This document shows, one piece after another, positions 54,522-64,000 of a DNA stretch of 64,000 nt; positions within the stretch are counted from its first letter, which is position 1, and every line of letters begins with the position of its first letter. Under the pieces are notes generated by a model. The model made no database searches. It saw only the letters and a list, made by a program, of their open reading frames with translations, and had not been told where the DNA came from. Origin of the DNA: Clostridia bacterium (GTDB lineage Bacteria > Bacillota > Clostridia > Oscillospirales > UBA644); contig JAGASR010000012.1 of assembly GCA_017621705.1 (NCBI GenBank), positions 36,127 through 100,126 of the forward strand. The letters run 5' to 3'. Made by a program: the position numbers and the translations under genes.

Positions 54522-56312
54522 ATGAAAATAACAAACGATATTAAATATATAGGTGTAAACGATAAAAAAATTGATCTTTTCGAAGGTCAGTACGTCGTTC
54601 CGAACGGAATTTCCTATAACTCGTATGCGATCATTGACGAAGAGATCGCGATCATGGACACCGTCGATGCGGCGTTCACGCACGAGTGGCTCGATAATAT
54701 CCAGAATACTCTTGATGGCAGAGAACCCGACTACCTGATCGTTCAGCATATGGAGCCCGACCATGCGGCAAACATCCTCAATTTCACAAAAGCGTACCCG
54801 AAAGCGAAGATCGTTTCTTCTGCAAAAGCTTTTGCGATGATGAAAAATTTCTTCGGCACGGATTTTGAAGATAAGCAGATAGTTGTCGGCGAAATGAACA
54901 CCCTGTCCCTCGGCAAGCATAATCTTGTTTTTGTAACGGCTCCGATGGTTCACTGGCCGGAAGTTATCGTGACCTACGACAGCACCGATAAAGTCCTTTT
55001 CTCCGCAGACGGTTTCGGCAAATTCGGCACCCCCGACACAAACGAGCCTTGGGCAGACGAAGCTCGCAGATATTTCATCGGCATCGTCGGCAAATACGGC
55101 GCACAGGTGCAGGCACTTCTCAAAAAAGCGGCAACTCTCGATATTCAGACGATCTGTCCGCTCCACGGCCCCGTACTCACAGAAAATCTCGGCTATTACC
55201 TCAACCTTTATAATACATGGTCCAGCTATCAGCCCGAAGAAGAGGGTATAGTTATCGCATACACCTCCGTTTACGGCAACACAAAAAAGGCTGTTCAGAA
55301 GCTTGCGGAAAAACTTACGGCAAACGGCTGTCCGAAGCTCGTTGTTTATGATCTTGCAAGATGCGATATGGCGCAAGCAGTTGCGGATGCTTTCCGGTAC
55401 AGCAAGCTTATTCTTGCGACAACGACATACAACGCAGGCATTTTCCCGTTCATGAGAGATTTTATCGATCATCTTGTTGAACGTAATTTCCAGAACAGAA
55501 CCGTGGCTCTCATCGAAAACGGAAGCTGGGCTCCCCTCGCGGCAAAAGTCATGAAAGAAATGCTCGGTTCAAGCAAGAACATTACCTTTACAGATACGAC
55601 CGTAAAGATCCTTTCTTCTCTTAACGAAGACAGCGCGAAGCAGCTTGACGCACTTGTTGATGAACTTTGCATGGAATATCTTGCACGTCAGGACGCTACC
55701 GCTAATAAAAACGATCTTTCCGCGCTTTTCAATATCGGCTACGGACTTTACGTTGTAACTTCAAATGACGGCAAGAAAGATAACGGACTGATCGTCAATA
55801 CCGTAACGCAGGTAACGAACACGCCGAACAGAATCGCCGTAACGATCAATAAAGAGAACTATTCGCACCACATCATCAAGCAGACCGGCATTATGAATAT
55901 CAACTGTCTGAGCGTTGACGCACCGTTCATGGTATTCGAAAAATTCGGTTTTGTGAGCGGACGTAATGTCGATAAATTCGCTGAATGTACACCGCTCCGC
56001 TCGGATAACGGTCTGATCTTCCTGCCGAGATATATCAACTCGTTCATGTCGCTGAAAGTTGAGCAGTATATAGATCTTGACACTCACGGAATGTTTATCT
56101 GCTCGGTAACCGAAGCGAGAGTTATCTCCGACAGAGAAACGATGACTTACACATACTATCAGAACAACGTCAAACCCAAGCCCGAGACCGACGGCAAGAA
56201 AGGTTACATCTGCAAGGTCTGCGGATATGTTTACGAAGGCGACGTTCTCCCCGAAGATTTTGTATGCCCTCTCTGCAAGCACGGCGCCGCGGATTTTGAA
56301 GAAATAAAATAA
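54522..56312 (+). CDS. fprA: Flavodiiron protein fused to flavin-reductase and rubredoxin domains
   Basis: HMEPDH, VHWPE, SADGFG and PLHGP; flavodoxin TSVYGNT; flavin reductase IGYGLYVV; CKVCG/CPLC. Confidence 0.9.
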   Translation: MKITNDIKYIGVNDKKIDLFEGQYVVPNGISYNSYAIIDEEIAIMDTVDAAFTHEWLDNIQNTLDGREPDYLIVQHMEPDHAANILNFTKAYPKAKIVSSAKAFAMMKNFFGTDFEDKQIVVGEMNTLSLGKHNLVFVTAPMVHWPEVIVTYDSTDKVLFSADGFGKFGTPDTNEPWADEARRYFIGIVGKYGAQVQALLKKAATLDIQTICPLHGPVLTENLGYYLNLYNTWSSYQPEEEGIVIAYTSVYGNTKKAVQKLAEKLTANGCPKLVVYDLARCDMAQAVADAFRYSKLILATTTYNAGIFPFMRDFIDHLVERNFQNRTVALIENGSWAPLAAKVMKEMLGSSKNITFTDTTVKILSSLNEDSAKQLDALVDELCMEYLARQDATANKNDLSALFNIGYGLYVVTSNDGKKDNGLIVNTVTQVTNTPNRIAVTINKENYSHHIIKQTGIMNINCLSVDAPFMVFEKFGFVSGRNVDKFAECTPLRSDNGLIFLPRYINSFMSLKVEQYIDLDTHGMFICSVTEARVISDRETMTYTYYQNNVKPKPETDGKKGYICKVCGYVYEGDVLPEDFVCPLCKHGAADFEEIK

Positions 56313-56356
56313 ATAATTTGTATTTTTAAGAATATATTTTCAAGGAGGAATTTCCA

Positions 56357-56869
56357 ATGTTAAACGCAAAAGTTCACGAACTTTTAAATCAGCAGATAAA
56401 CAAGGAATTTTATTCCGCATATCTTTATCTTGATTTTTCCAACTATTTCAAAGCACAGGGTCTTGACGGTTTTGCAAACTGGTATATGGTTCAGGCTCAG
56501 GAAGAAAGAGATCATGCGATCCTTTTCTACACCTATCTTCAGAACGAAAATATGCCCGTAACTCTCGAGGCTATCGCAAAGCCCGATAAAGAGATCACAT
56601 GCCACATGGACGTTCTCAAAGCAGGACTCGAACATGAGCATTACGTTACTTCTCTCATCAACGAGATCTACGGCGCCGCATATGACGTACGTGATTTCCG
56701 CACGATGCAGTTCCTCGACTGGTTCGTAAAAGAGCAGGGCGAAGAAGAGACAAATGCAAACGATCTTATTTCGAAGATGGAACTTTTCGGTTCCGATCCG
56801 AAGAGCCTTTATATGCTCAATCAGGAGCTTGCGGCAAGAGTTTACACCGCGCCGTCGCTCGTTCTGTAA
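56357..56869 (+). CDS. ftnA: Non-heme ferritin
   Basis: QINKEFYSAYLY, QAQEERDHA, LEHEHYVT and FLDWFVKEQGEEE. Confidence 0.93.
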   Translation: MLNAKVHELLNQQINKEFYSAYLYLDFSNYFKAQGLDGFANWYMVQAQEERDHAILFYTYLQNENMPVTLEAIAKPDKEITCHMDVLKAGLEHEHYVTSLINEIYGAAYDVRDFRTMQFLDWFVKEQGEEETNANDLISKMELFGSDPKSLYMLNQELAARVYTAPSLVL

Positions 56870-56938
56870 AATAAATTAAATAGAAAAATACAAAAAATAT
56901 GAAAGGATTGCTTTCGAAAGAAAGCTACGGTGATAAAA

Positions 56939-57100
56939 ATGAAAAAATATGTATGTGATGTTTGCGGTTGGGAATACGATGAAGCAGTAGGCGATCCCGA
57001 TAACGGTATTGCTCCCGGCACAAAATTCGAAGATCTCCCCGAAGATTTTGAATGCCCCCTCTGCGGCGTAGGCAAAGATCAGTTCAGCGAAGAAGAATAA
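56939..57100 (+). CDS. Rubredoxin (53 aa, not in the ORF track)
   Basis: My translation: [53 protein letters not shown]. Confidence 0.95.
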   Translation: MKKYVCDVCGWEYDEAVGDPDNGIAPGTKFEDLPEDFECPLCGVGKDQFSEEE

Positions 57101-57118
57101 AGAAAGAAGGCTGTTGCA

Positions 57119-57319
57119 ATGAAGGAAAACTACATGGTATGCAACTGCAAAAAAGTCAGCTATGCAGATATCGAAGACGCTCTCCACGTAAACAAAAAGT
57201 TTGCTGACGTTCTTGAAGCATTCGAGGATGTTCAGAAAGTAACCCACTGTTCAACGGGCTGCGGCGGCTGCCATCAGAAAGTTCTCGATATCATCTCAGA
57301 GATCATGATGTCCAAATAA
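57119..57319 (+). CDS. BFD-like (2Fe-2S)-binding protein
   Basis: VCNCKKV...CSTGCGGC. Confidence 0.85.
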   Translation: MKENYMVCNCKKVSYADIEDALHVNKKFADVLEAFEDVQKVTHCSTGCGGCHQKVLDIISEIMMSK

Positions 57320-57392
57320 CAAAAACAGAGCTGTTCTCGTTTGATCGGGAACAGCTCATTCGGTAAATACAGTCAAGGAAAGGCTTTACTAT

Positions 57393-58145
57393 ATGGAAAT
57401 GGTATTATTGACAGCCCTCGGTGTCGGAGGCGCTACGGTCATCGGTGCTCTGATCGGCTTTATTTTCAAGAAAATGTCGCACACATTTTCGGATATAATT
57501 TTGTCGTTTGCGGCAGGAGTAATGCTTGCGGCGGCAGTACTGGGACTGATCCTCCCCTCTCTTGATTACGGAGGAAAGTTCGGGCTTTTGATAACTGTCG
57601 CGGGAATTTTTGCAGGCGCTGTCTGTCTTAATGTGATCGACAAGCTGGTTCCACATCTTCATAAACTTGCGGGCGCTGATATAGAGGATCACAAAAGCTC
57701 GAACCTGAGCAAAGTCCTGCTTTTTGTAACGGCGATCGCTATACATAACCTGCCCGAAGGCATTGCGGCAGGTGTCGGTTTCGGTTCGGGCGATACTTCG
57801 CAGGCGCTCATTATCGCAGGCGGTATCGCATTGCAGAATATTCCCGAAGGCATGGTAATTATCGGGCCGATGATCGCGGCAGGAGTTAAACCCGGAAGAA
57901 CGTTTCTTATTGCGATGATGACGGGGCTTGTTGAAGTTGTCGGCACATTGATCGGTTATTTTGCGGTCAGCCTTGCATCGGCAATACTTCCGTTTGCGCT
58001 TGCTTTTGCAGGCGGCACGATGCTTTACGTTATCAGCGACGAAATGATACCCGAAACTCACGCTCACGGTCACGAACGCGGCGCTACTTATGCGTTGCTT
58101 GTCGGCTTCTGCGTGATGCTGATAACTGATGTTCTGATGCATTAA
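57393..58145 (+). CDS. ZIP-family metal transporter (ZupT/GufA-like)
   Basis: FAAGVMLAA, IAIHNLPEG, LQNIPEG and EMIPETH. Confidence 0.92.
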   Translation: MEMVLLTALGVGGATVIGALIGFIFKKMSHTFSDIILSFAAGVMLAAAVLGLILPSLDYGGKFGLLITVAGIFAGAVCLNVIDKLVPHLHKLAGADIEDHKSSNLSKVLLFVTAIAIHNLPEGIAAGVGFGSGDTSQALIIAGGIALQNIPEGMVIIGPMIAAGVKPGRTFLIAMMTGLVEVVGTLIGYFAVSLASAILPFALAFAGGTMLYVISDEMIPETHAHGHERGATYALLVGFCVMLITDVLMH

Positions 58146-58151
58146 AAATAC

Positions 58152-58188
58152 AAAAGACCTTTGAGACAATTCTCAAAGGTCTTTTTTT
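58152..58188. terminator. Bidirectional terminator
   Basis: AAAAGACCTTTGAGA-CAAT-TCTCAAAGGTCTTTT. Confidence 0.9.
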
Positions 58189-58199
58189 GATACTGACGT

Positions 58200-58616
58200 T
58201 TATGATACCAACGTATATTTTGAATCGGTCGGCAGGACGGAGCGAGCCGCCTTTTCTCTGTATTTATCGAGTTCGCCGTCGATCAGATCATTTCCGAGCA
58301 TTATTTCTTTACGACGAAATATGATAATGAGCGGAACCGTGACTGCGACGATAATGGGGCTTATAAGAATTGCGGGAAAGCGCATTATCTCAAAGATCAA
58401 TGCAGGCAAAATGAGAGCCGCAAGACCGTACCCCAAAATATTTGCGCAGACGATCCAGACTTTTCGGCTGAAAGCACAGAGGCGGTTGACGAAAACGTTA
58501 ACACATCCATCGCAGACGGCAACTATCTCTTTGCGGACGGTACCGTCGCTTTCGGTGCAGTCAAAAACGAGATATTTATCCGTTTCGTGACGGCAGTTAT
58601 CGAAAATACATTTCAT
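58200..58616 (-). CDS. Hypothetical membrane protein
   Basis: Two hydrophobic helices; CxxC-like N-terminus; coupled to the upstream gene. Confidence 0.6.
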   Translation of the reverse strand: MKCIFDNCRHETDKYLVFDCTESDGTVRKEIVAVCDGCVNVFVNRLCAFSRKVWIVCANILGYGLAALILPALIFEIMRFPAILISPIIVAVTVPLIIIFRRKEIMLGNDLIDGELDKYREKAARSVLPTDSKYTLVS

Positions 58617-59257
58617 TACACGAGTTTACCGAATTTCTTTTCGGCATACGCGATGATCATATCTGCAGTTCCGTCGATACCGAGAACGCTGGTGCGGACG
58701 CAGAGATCGAAGCTATCGGCATCGGACCAGGATCTGTTGGTATGGAAGCTGTAGTAGTTTGCACGTTTTTTATCGATCTTCTGGACTGCATCTTCCGCTT
58801 TTTTGCGGTCGGTGACTTTATTTTCAGCCATATAGTTTGCTACACGGTTATCGAGAAGATCGGTTACGAGAACGTGGAGACTGCGGGGTTCATCGCGGAG
58901 CGCATAGTCGGCGCATCTGCCGAGGAAAACGCAGGATTTTTCTGCCGCAAGGTTGCGGATAAGGTCGGACTGGATATTATAGACCTTATCGGAAAGCGGT
59001 ACGGCGGAATCACCCCAATAAACATACTGGCCGTCCATGGCATAAGCACCCATTGCAAGGGAATAGAGAAGGCTGTTGGTGGGTTTCTCATCGAAATTTT
59101 CAAAAACCTTTTCGTTTATTCCGCTCTTTTTTGCGGCAAGGGAGATAAGCTCCCTATCATAATAATCAATGCCAAGTTTTTCCGCGATTTTCTTTGCAAC
59201 GGAACGGCCGTGGCTTCCGCACTGACGGGCAATTGTGATAGAGAATTTTTCCGCCAT
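58616..59257 (-). CDS. Cytidylate kinase-like family protein
   Basis: ITIARQCGSHG, YYDRELI, VFLGRCADY, DKKRANYY and DLCVRTS. Confidence 0.88.
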   Translation of the reverse strand: MAEKFSITIARQCGSHGRSVAKKIAEKLGIDYYDRELISLAAKKSGINEKVFENFDEKPTNSLLYSLAMGAYAMDGQYVYWGDSAVPLSDKVYNIQSDLIRNLAAEKSCVFLGRCADYALRDEPRSLHVLVTDLLDNRVANYMAENKVTDRKKAEDAVQKIDKKRANYYSFHTNRSWSDADSFDLCVRTSVLGIDGTADMIIAYAEKKFGKLV

Positions 59258-59290
59258 ATCAGATACCTCCTGTTTTATTGTTAAGAGAAA

Positions 59291-61864
59291 TTATTTATTT
59301 TCGAGAGCCTTGAGAAGAAGTTCCGCACTGCCGATATTATAACCGGTAGAGATGACGGAAACTTTAAGATCTTTGTCGGCAGAGATCGCGAGGGGCAGAC
59401 GTTTATCCTTGGTTGCGAGAGAAGCGTAAACTTCATCGGGAATGGATTTGAAATAAAGGATATTGATCTCGGGCAGGCGATCGAGAAGTTTCTTGAGGGT
59501 TACGTGAGTAAGGTCACCGTCTTCTTTGATCATGAAGTAGACATTGGAAGCGAAAGGCTTGTAAGCATCGATAACGGAGAGCATTTCGTTGAAGAGATGT
59601 TCTGTCGGTTCTTCGCGAACGCCGAGCCATGCGAATACGGTGATGCCTTCTTTTACGAGAGAAGAAAGTTTGAGTTCTTTGCCTTCTTTATCGAGAACGG
59701 TTGCATCGTAAACGGTCTTTGCCTCGTCCTTGCTTGCAGGTTCGGTGCCTCTGACTTCGAATTCAGCTACGAGTTTATCGCCTTTGTTAAGGGTGAAGTG
59801 ATACATCTTCGCCTGGATACCGCCGTTTTTGATACGGAAGTTGGTCATAAGACGGTACTTACCGGGAACGAGAGCGATGCCTTCGTCGGGAAGCTGTTCG
59901 GTTTCGGTTCTTCTGCGGCGGAACATGGGAACGGGAGTGAATTCACCGTTTTCGTAACGTTCGAGATGAGCGTTCTTATAAGCTTCTTCGGTGCCGACAA
60001 AAGTGGGAACGAGGGTTGCGGAACGTTCAGCGCTGATGGCAACGCCTCTCATGGAGAACCATTCGCCGTCTTTCCAGTATTCTACTTCGCCGGTGTAGGA
60101 AGTTCTTGCGGGAATACCGAGGCTTCTGCAGATAGCGGTTTCGAGAACGGATTTGGAGAACTGGGAACCGCGTTTTGTAAGAAGAAGGTTATAGGGAAGA
60201 GCAACGAGAGTGTCGTAGTCGCAGGTTACGCTGACGCTGATCTCATTTTCAACGTATGTATGAACGGTTGCAGGGTTATCGATGAAAGCTTTCTTCTGTT
60301 CTTCGCTGAAGAATGCTTCGATAGCCGCGGTATAGTCGGAAAGCCATTCGTTTGCAATACGGATAGCGAGAAGGTTACGTTCGAAAGTGAGTCTGTTATC
60401 GGCAAAAGCAGGAGCGTATTTCATCTGATGAGCGAAATGCTTTTCGAGGATGAGATTGTCGCAGTCGCCGAAGTCCTTACGGCTGAGGGTCTTGAGGAAT
60501 GCGCACTTGTCGGCGATATTTTCGGGATCGTCGATAAACGCGATGATCTTTGCGGCATTACCCTGAGCGTCGATAAGGAACTGCTTGATATCAGCGGCAT
60601 GCTCGGGATATTTATGGAGAAGTTCGTGGTCGCTGGTATCGGTAAAGAAGGTGTTTTTATAGTCGATACGGATCTGTTCAGCGGCTTTCTGACGAACCTG
60701 GAATGCTTTTACGATCTCTGCGGCATTTGCGGGGCGTTCGAGCTCTGCGAGTTCGGACGGTGCCGGAGGAATGAGGTCGAAATCAAATTCTGCGGGAAGA
60801 CCGTCAAAATCGGTAGCGTTAGCCCAGTCGAGGGTTACGTTATCGGTCTCACGGACGTCGATCTTGCCGTAGAGGATCTTGCCGTCTTTGGTTGCGGTGA
60901 TGAAGAGGTCGCCGTAACCGGTGGTGAAGTAAGTTTTACCGGAATCGTCGGTAAGGCTGTCGGAGAAATCGTAGAGAGAACCGAAGTTGATAAGAGCCAT
61001 TTCTACGCGGACATCTTTCTTGGGCGCGCCGTTTTCGATAACGGTGCAGGTGATATCACGGGTCTTTGCGTAGATATCTAGAGTGTTAAGCTCTTTGATC
61101 TTGGTAGTGGTCTGAACGAAACGGGAATTTTTGGGAAGGAAGCCGGAGAATACTCTGGTATTGGTGAGCATTGCTCTGGACGCGGGCATACGGAACCAGC
61201 CGCTGTTAAGGAAAGCATCGGGTTCGCATGCGCCGATATAGCACCATTTGCCGTCGACAAGAACTTCTACCCAAGCGTGGTTACTTTCGGAAGCAGCCCA
61301 ACGGGGAGTGTAGCACTGTCTTGCAGGGATGCAGCAGGAACGGAGCGCAGAGGTGAGGAAGGTGGATTCTTCGCCGCATCTGCCGTTTGTGTTTCTCATC
61401 ATGGTGAGAGGAGAAACGGTACGGATATCGGTAGAAGAATAAGTTGCTTTTTCGAAGCACCAGAGGTTAACTTCGAGAGCTGCATCGCCCATGCTGAGGT
61501 CTTTGATTCTGGGCCAAACTTCGTCGAAGATGATAGCGTTGTAATGCTCGAGGTTTTCGTTATTTACACGCATCATAAGAACGAAGTTGAGGAAAGTTTC
61601 GGTATCGATACCGTCTGCCCAGGGAACTTTTGCAAAGTTTTCAAGGCAGGTATGAACGTGATTATAGAAAAGTTCGCCGGACCAGTTGGTAAGGTCGGTC
61701 ATGGGAAGATATGCAACGAGGAATTTAAAGCAGTATTCTTCGGTTTCGTCGATGCAGCGGCCGAGGTCGTTGCAGATAATGTATCTTCTGCCTGCGGCAA
61801 GTTCTTCGGCTATTTTATAGTCGGCATCAATGCGTTTTTTCTGTTCATCGGTAAATATAATCAT
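59291..61864 (-). CDS. Large transglutaminase-like (Cys-His) domain protein
   Basis: FVLMMRVNNENL, GRCGEEST, NHAWVEV and IGACEP; thioredoxin-like C-terminal segment. Confidence 0.85.
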   Translation of the reverse strand: MIIFTDEQKKRIDADYKIAEELAAGRRYIICNDLGRCIDETEEYCFKFLVAYLPMTDLTNWSGELFYNHVHTCLENFAKVPWADGIDTETFLNFVLMMRVNNENLEHYNAIIFDEVWPRIKDLSMGDAALEVNLWCFEKATYSSTDIRTVSPLTMMRNTNGRCGEESTFLTSALRSCCIPARQCYTPRWAASESNHAWVEVLVDGKWCYIGACEPDAFLNSGWFRMPASRAMLTNTRVFSGFLPKNSRFVQTTTKIKELNTLDIYAKTRDITCTVIENGAPKKDVRVEMALINFGSLYDFSDSLTDDSGKTYFTTGYGDLFITATKDGKILYGKIDVRETDNVTLDWANATDFDGLPAEFDFDLIPPAPSELAELERPANAAEIVKAFQVRQKAAEQIRIDYKNTFFTDTSDHELLHKYPEHAADIKQFLIDAQGNAAKIIAFIDDPENIADKCAFLKTLSRKDFGDCDNLILEKHFAHQMKYAPAFADNRLTFERNLLAIRIANEWLSDYTAAIEAFFSEEQKKAFIDNPATVHTYVENEISVSVTCDYDTLVALPYNLLLTKRGSQFSKSVLETAICRSLGIPARTSYTGEVEYWKDGEWFSMRGVAISAERSATLVPTFVGTEEAYKNAHLERYENGEFTPVPMFRRRRTETEQLPDEGIALVPGKYRLMTNFRIKNGGIQAKMYHFTLNKGDKLVAEFEVRGTEPASKDEAKTVYDATVLDKEGKELKLSSLVKEGITVFAWLGVREEPTEHLFNEMLSVIDAYKPFASNVYFMIKEDGDLTHVTLKKLLDRLPEINILYFKSIPDEVYASLATKDKRLPLAISADKDLKVSVISTGYNIGSAELLLKALENK

Positions 61865-61917
61865 TTTGGTTCACCGTCCGTTAAAAATTTAAAATTTAAA
61901 ATATAAAATTAAAATAA

Positions 61918-62955
61918 TTACTTGATATAAACGAGACCGTCGTGACGGATATAGATATTGCCGCCGCCGACTGCGGGGATATGAGCTTCGTAGGTGTTGG
62001 AAGTTGTTTCGATAACGGGATCGATTGCGGGCTCGTCGTCTCCGCAGAGTTCTTTCATATCTTTGCAGAAGCAACCGTGCTGTTTGAAATAGTTTCTCTG
62101 CATATAATAGAGTTTACGGAGTTCCCATTTGAGATATTCGTTTTCGGGAATCTTGAATTCGGGCTGAGTCTTTGCTTCGTCCTGGAAATAGAGGAAGCCC
62201 CAGAGTTCGGGCATATGCATGTCAACACGGCCGATAGGAGACCAGATCCAGTTATCTTCGGGATAACGTACGCCGGTTTCGGGGTTGATGACTTTTGCGT
62301 ATTTGCCGTCTCTTACTTCGGTTCTCCATTCAACACGCGAGAAGTCGATTCTCCAGTATGCGCCGGGGACGGGCATACCTGCTCTTGTACCTTCGATAAG
62401 GGTCTTCCAAGGCATTTTGATCTCAACGGACCAGCCTTTGTTTTCGGCAATTTTTGTGGGATCGTTGATAACACCGTCGATATGAACAGCGGTTTCGAGA
62501 CCCTGAATATCAAGGCTGTTGAATACGGTCATGTTTTCATCTCTGTAAGGTTTAACGAGAAGAAGGTCCCAGACAGTATTAAGAGCGTTCATTTCAAATT
62601 CAAAATATTTGTGGGTGTCTCCGTCGGGATCGATGAAAACTTCGAAGTCGTTATCGTTGAAAATAACGCAGTCACGCTCGGTAAGAGTACCCCAGATCTT
62701 ATCTTCCCAGAGATAAGCGCCGATATAGAGAGCTTCGTCGTCCCAGAGCATCTTCATCTGAGTTTTGTGATACGGTGCGGGGCGAACGGAGTTCCATTCG
62801 ATATCCTCGAATTCGTCACTCCACTCAGCAGCGTCCCAGAAAGGTTTGTCGAGACGTCCGTCGATCTGCGGAGGAAGAACGGCGCGGTTGCACACATAAG
62901 TTCTGGGCTTGAATTCGATATTCTGTTCGTTAGTGCCGATAAGGTATTTATACAT
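61918..62955 (-). CDS. Carbohydrate-binding family 9-like protein
   Basis: PQIDGRLD, MLWDDEALY, DNDFEVFIDPDG, EFEMNALN, WRIDFSRVEW and MHMPELWG. Confidence 0.85.
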   Translation of the reverse strand: MYKYLIGTNEQNIEFKPRTYVCNRAVLPPQIDGRLDKPFWDAAEWSDEFEDIEWNSVRPAPYHKTQMKMLWDDEALYIGAYLWEDKIWGTLTERDCVIFNDNDFEVFIDPDGDTHKYFEFEMNALNTVWDLLLVKPYRDENMTVFNSLDIQGLETAVHIDGVINDPTKIAENKGWSVEIKMPWKTLIEGTRAGMPVPGAYWRIDFSRVEWRTEVRDGKYAKVINPETGVRYPEDNWIWSPIGRVDMHMPELWGFLYFQDEAKTQPEFKIPENEYLKWELRKLYYMQRNYFKQHGCFCKDMKELCGDDEPAIDPVIETTSNTYEAHIPAVGGGNIYIRHDGLVYIK

Positions 62956-63057
62956 GATACATTTCTCCTGTTTATTTAAATAAATTTTTATATATACATT
63001 ATAAACCAAAATTGCCCTCGTGTCAACATATTTTTGACACAAAGGGCAAAATTATTT

Positions 63058-63564
63058 CTAAAATATTTTTTCGTATGCTCTTCTGGGCGCACCGTCAGCA
63101 AGAAAAATATTTCCGCAGAACGCAAAGCCGTTCTTTTCAAGCATTTTCTGCATGGGGATATTATCGTCGTGAGTATCGGCGCGAAGGCTTAAAAAACCGT
63201 TTTTACGTGTTAGATCTTCTGCATACGAAACGAGCATTGATGCAAGCCCCGATTTTTTTACGGACGGGCTTACGGCAACGCGGTGAATGACGCCGAAAGA
63301 GCTGCTGTTGAGCCATTTTCCGTCATATATTTTATCATAAGTCGGCTCGCCGCGCATAGAGATCATGGCGGTGGCGCAGACTTTGTCGGTCTCGTCGACG
63401 ACAACGAAACTTTCACCGTTATTTATATCGACGGTAAGGACATCGGGATTGGGATTTCCGTTCTGCCACTGATCGATACCGTTTTCTTTAAAATAACTCT
63501 TTGCGGCGTTTATGATCTGCATCATTTCGGGAAGGTCACGGAGTGTTGCATTACGTATTTTCAT
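63058..63564 (-). CDS. GNAT family N-acetyltransferase
   Basis: DQWQNGNP, IHRVAV, RADTHDDNIPMQ and GFAFCG. Confidence 0.9.
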   Translation of the reverse strand: MKIRNATLRDLPEMMQIINAAKSYFKENGIDQWQNGNPNPDVLTVDINNGESFVVVDETDKVCATAMISMRGEPTYDKIYDGKWLNSSSFGVIHRVAVSPSVKKSGLASMLVSYAEDLTRKNGFLSLRADTHDDNIPMQKMLEKNGFAFCGNIFLADGAPRRAYEKIF

Positions 63565-63566
63565 AA

Positions 63567-64000
63567 TCAGTCTCCCAATTTTACGGTGACTATAAAACCG
63601 TCAACATTATTACCCGAAACGAAATATTCGGAGCCTTCGGGAAGCTCAAAAGTCGTTACGGCACCTGCGGATCTGAGATAAAAGATCTCATATTTTTCGC
63701 CCGTAACGGATGTGAAAAACATATGGTCGCCGTCATACGGATACGCTTTTATGTAGCTGATATATTCTTCATAGCAAAGGGTCGTGCCTGAAATTATTTC
63801 GGCATGAGGAGCGCCGAGGTAACGGAAATGCCACGGTTCGTATGCAATACCCGTAATATCGGTCTTTGCGGAATCGTAACGGACGATAAAGCCGTATTTC
63901 CAGCAGTTTTCGTTGATCCATGCGTATTCGTCCTCGCCGCGGAAATCGAAGCTTTCGCCGTCATCGGTATAAATGCCGAGGTCGATTGCAAGACCCGTGT
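63567..64000 (-). CDS. M15B (VanY-like) D-alanyl-D-alanine carboxypeptidase, 5'-partial
   Basis: My translation from the window edge: (H)TGLAIDL...WKYGFIVRY...YEPWHFRYLG; not in the ORF track. Confidence 0.85.
   Translation of the reverse strand, partial: TGLAIDLGIYTDDGESFDFRGEDEYAWINENCWKYGFIVRYDSAKTDITGIAYEPWHFRYLGAPHAEIISGTTLCYEEYISYIKAYPYDGDHMFFTSVTGEKYEIFYLRSAGAVTTFELPEGSEYFVSGNNVDGFIVTVKLGD

Noticed and set aside
63567-64000. Vancomycin resistance cluster
   Set aside because: Only a VanY-like M15B peptidase fragment is present. The family is widespread and no van ligase, vanH or vanX is in view.

Overview
Chromosomal segment from an anaerobic, probably spore-forming Clostridia (Eubacteriales/Oscillospiraceae-like) genome, judged from ypeB, rubrerythrin, a flavodiiron protein, sigma-A promoters and the gene families present. 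No CRISPR array, IS transposase, integrase or prophage was seen. In order: addA 3' end, a divergent ThyX-like gene, GNAT/nitroreductase/HtrA, several XRE regulators, GH130, ClC, pyrC-pyrF, rhaB plus an M20 dipeptidase, a secreted Tyr/Trp-rich repeat protein, GH110, a SLOG-XRE module, two tandem trigger-factor-like lipoproteins, a glycan locus (epimerase, 2x GH95, GH116), an ABC exporter pair, a NERD-like + 2x MutS-like ATPase operon, rbr, ypeB, tRNA-Ser(TGA) flanked by unusual repeats, MerR/AraC regulators, coaX plus an ECF S-component, an AT-rich four-gene operon, an orphan structured ncRNA candidate, a chimeric ORF ending in an APH fragment, a Crp/Fnr-associated redox/iron cluster, a PNGase-like transglutaminase gene next to a CBM9-like gene, and a partial VanY-type carboxypeptidase. 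Best leads: the stand-alone promoter-RNA-terminator unit at about 49.14-49.31 kb, the NGLY1/Png1-like transglutaminase, the NERD-MutS-MutS operon, the microhomology chimera at 51.63 kb and the 30-nt periodic palindromes in the tRNA leader. All family calls come from motif recognition by eye; no searches were run.
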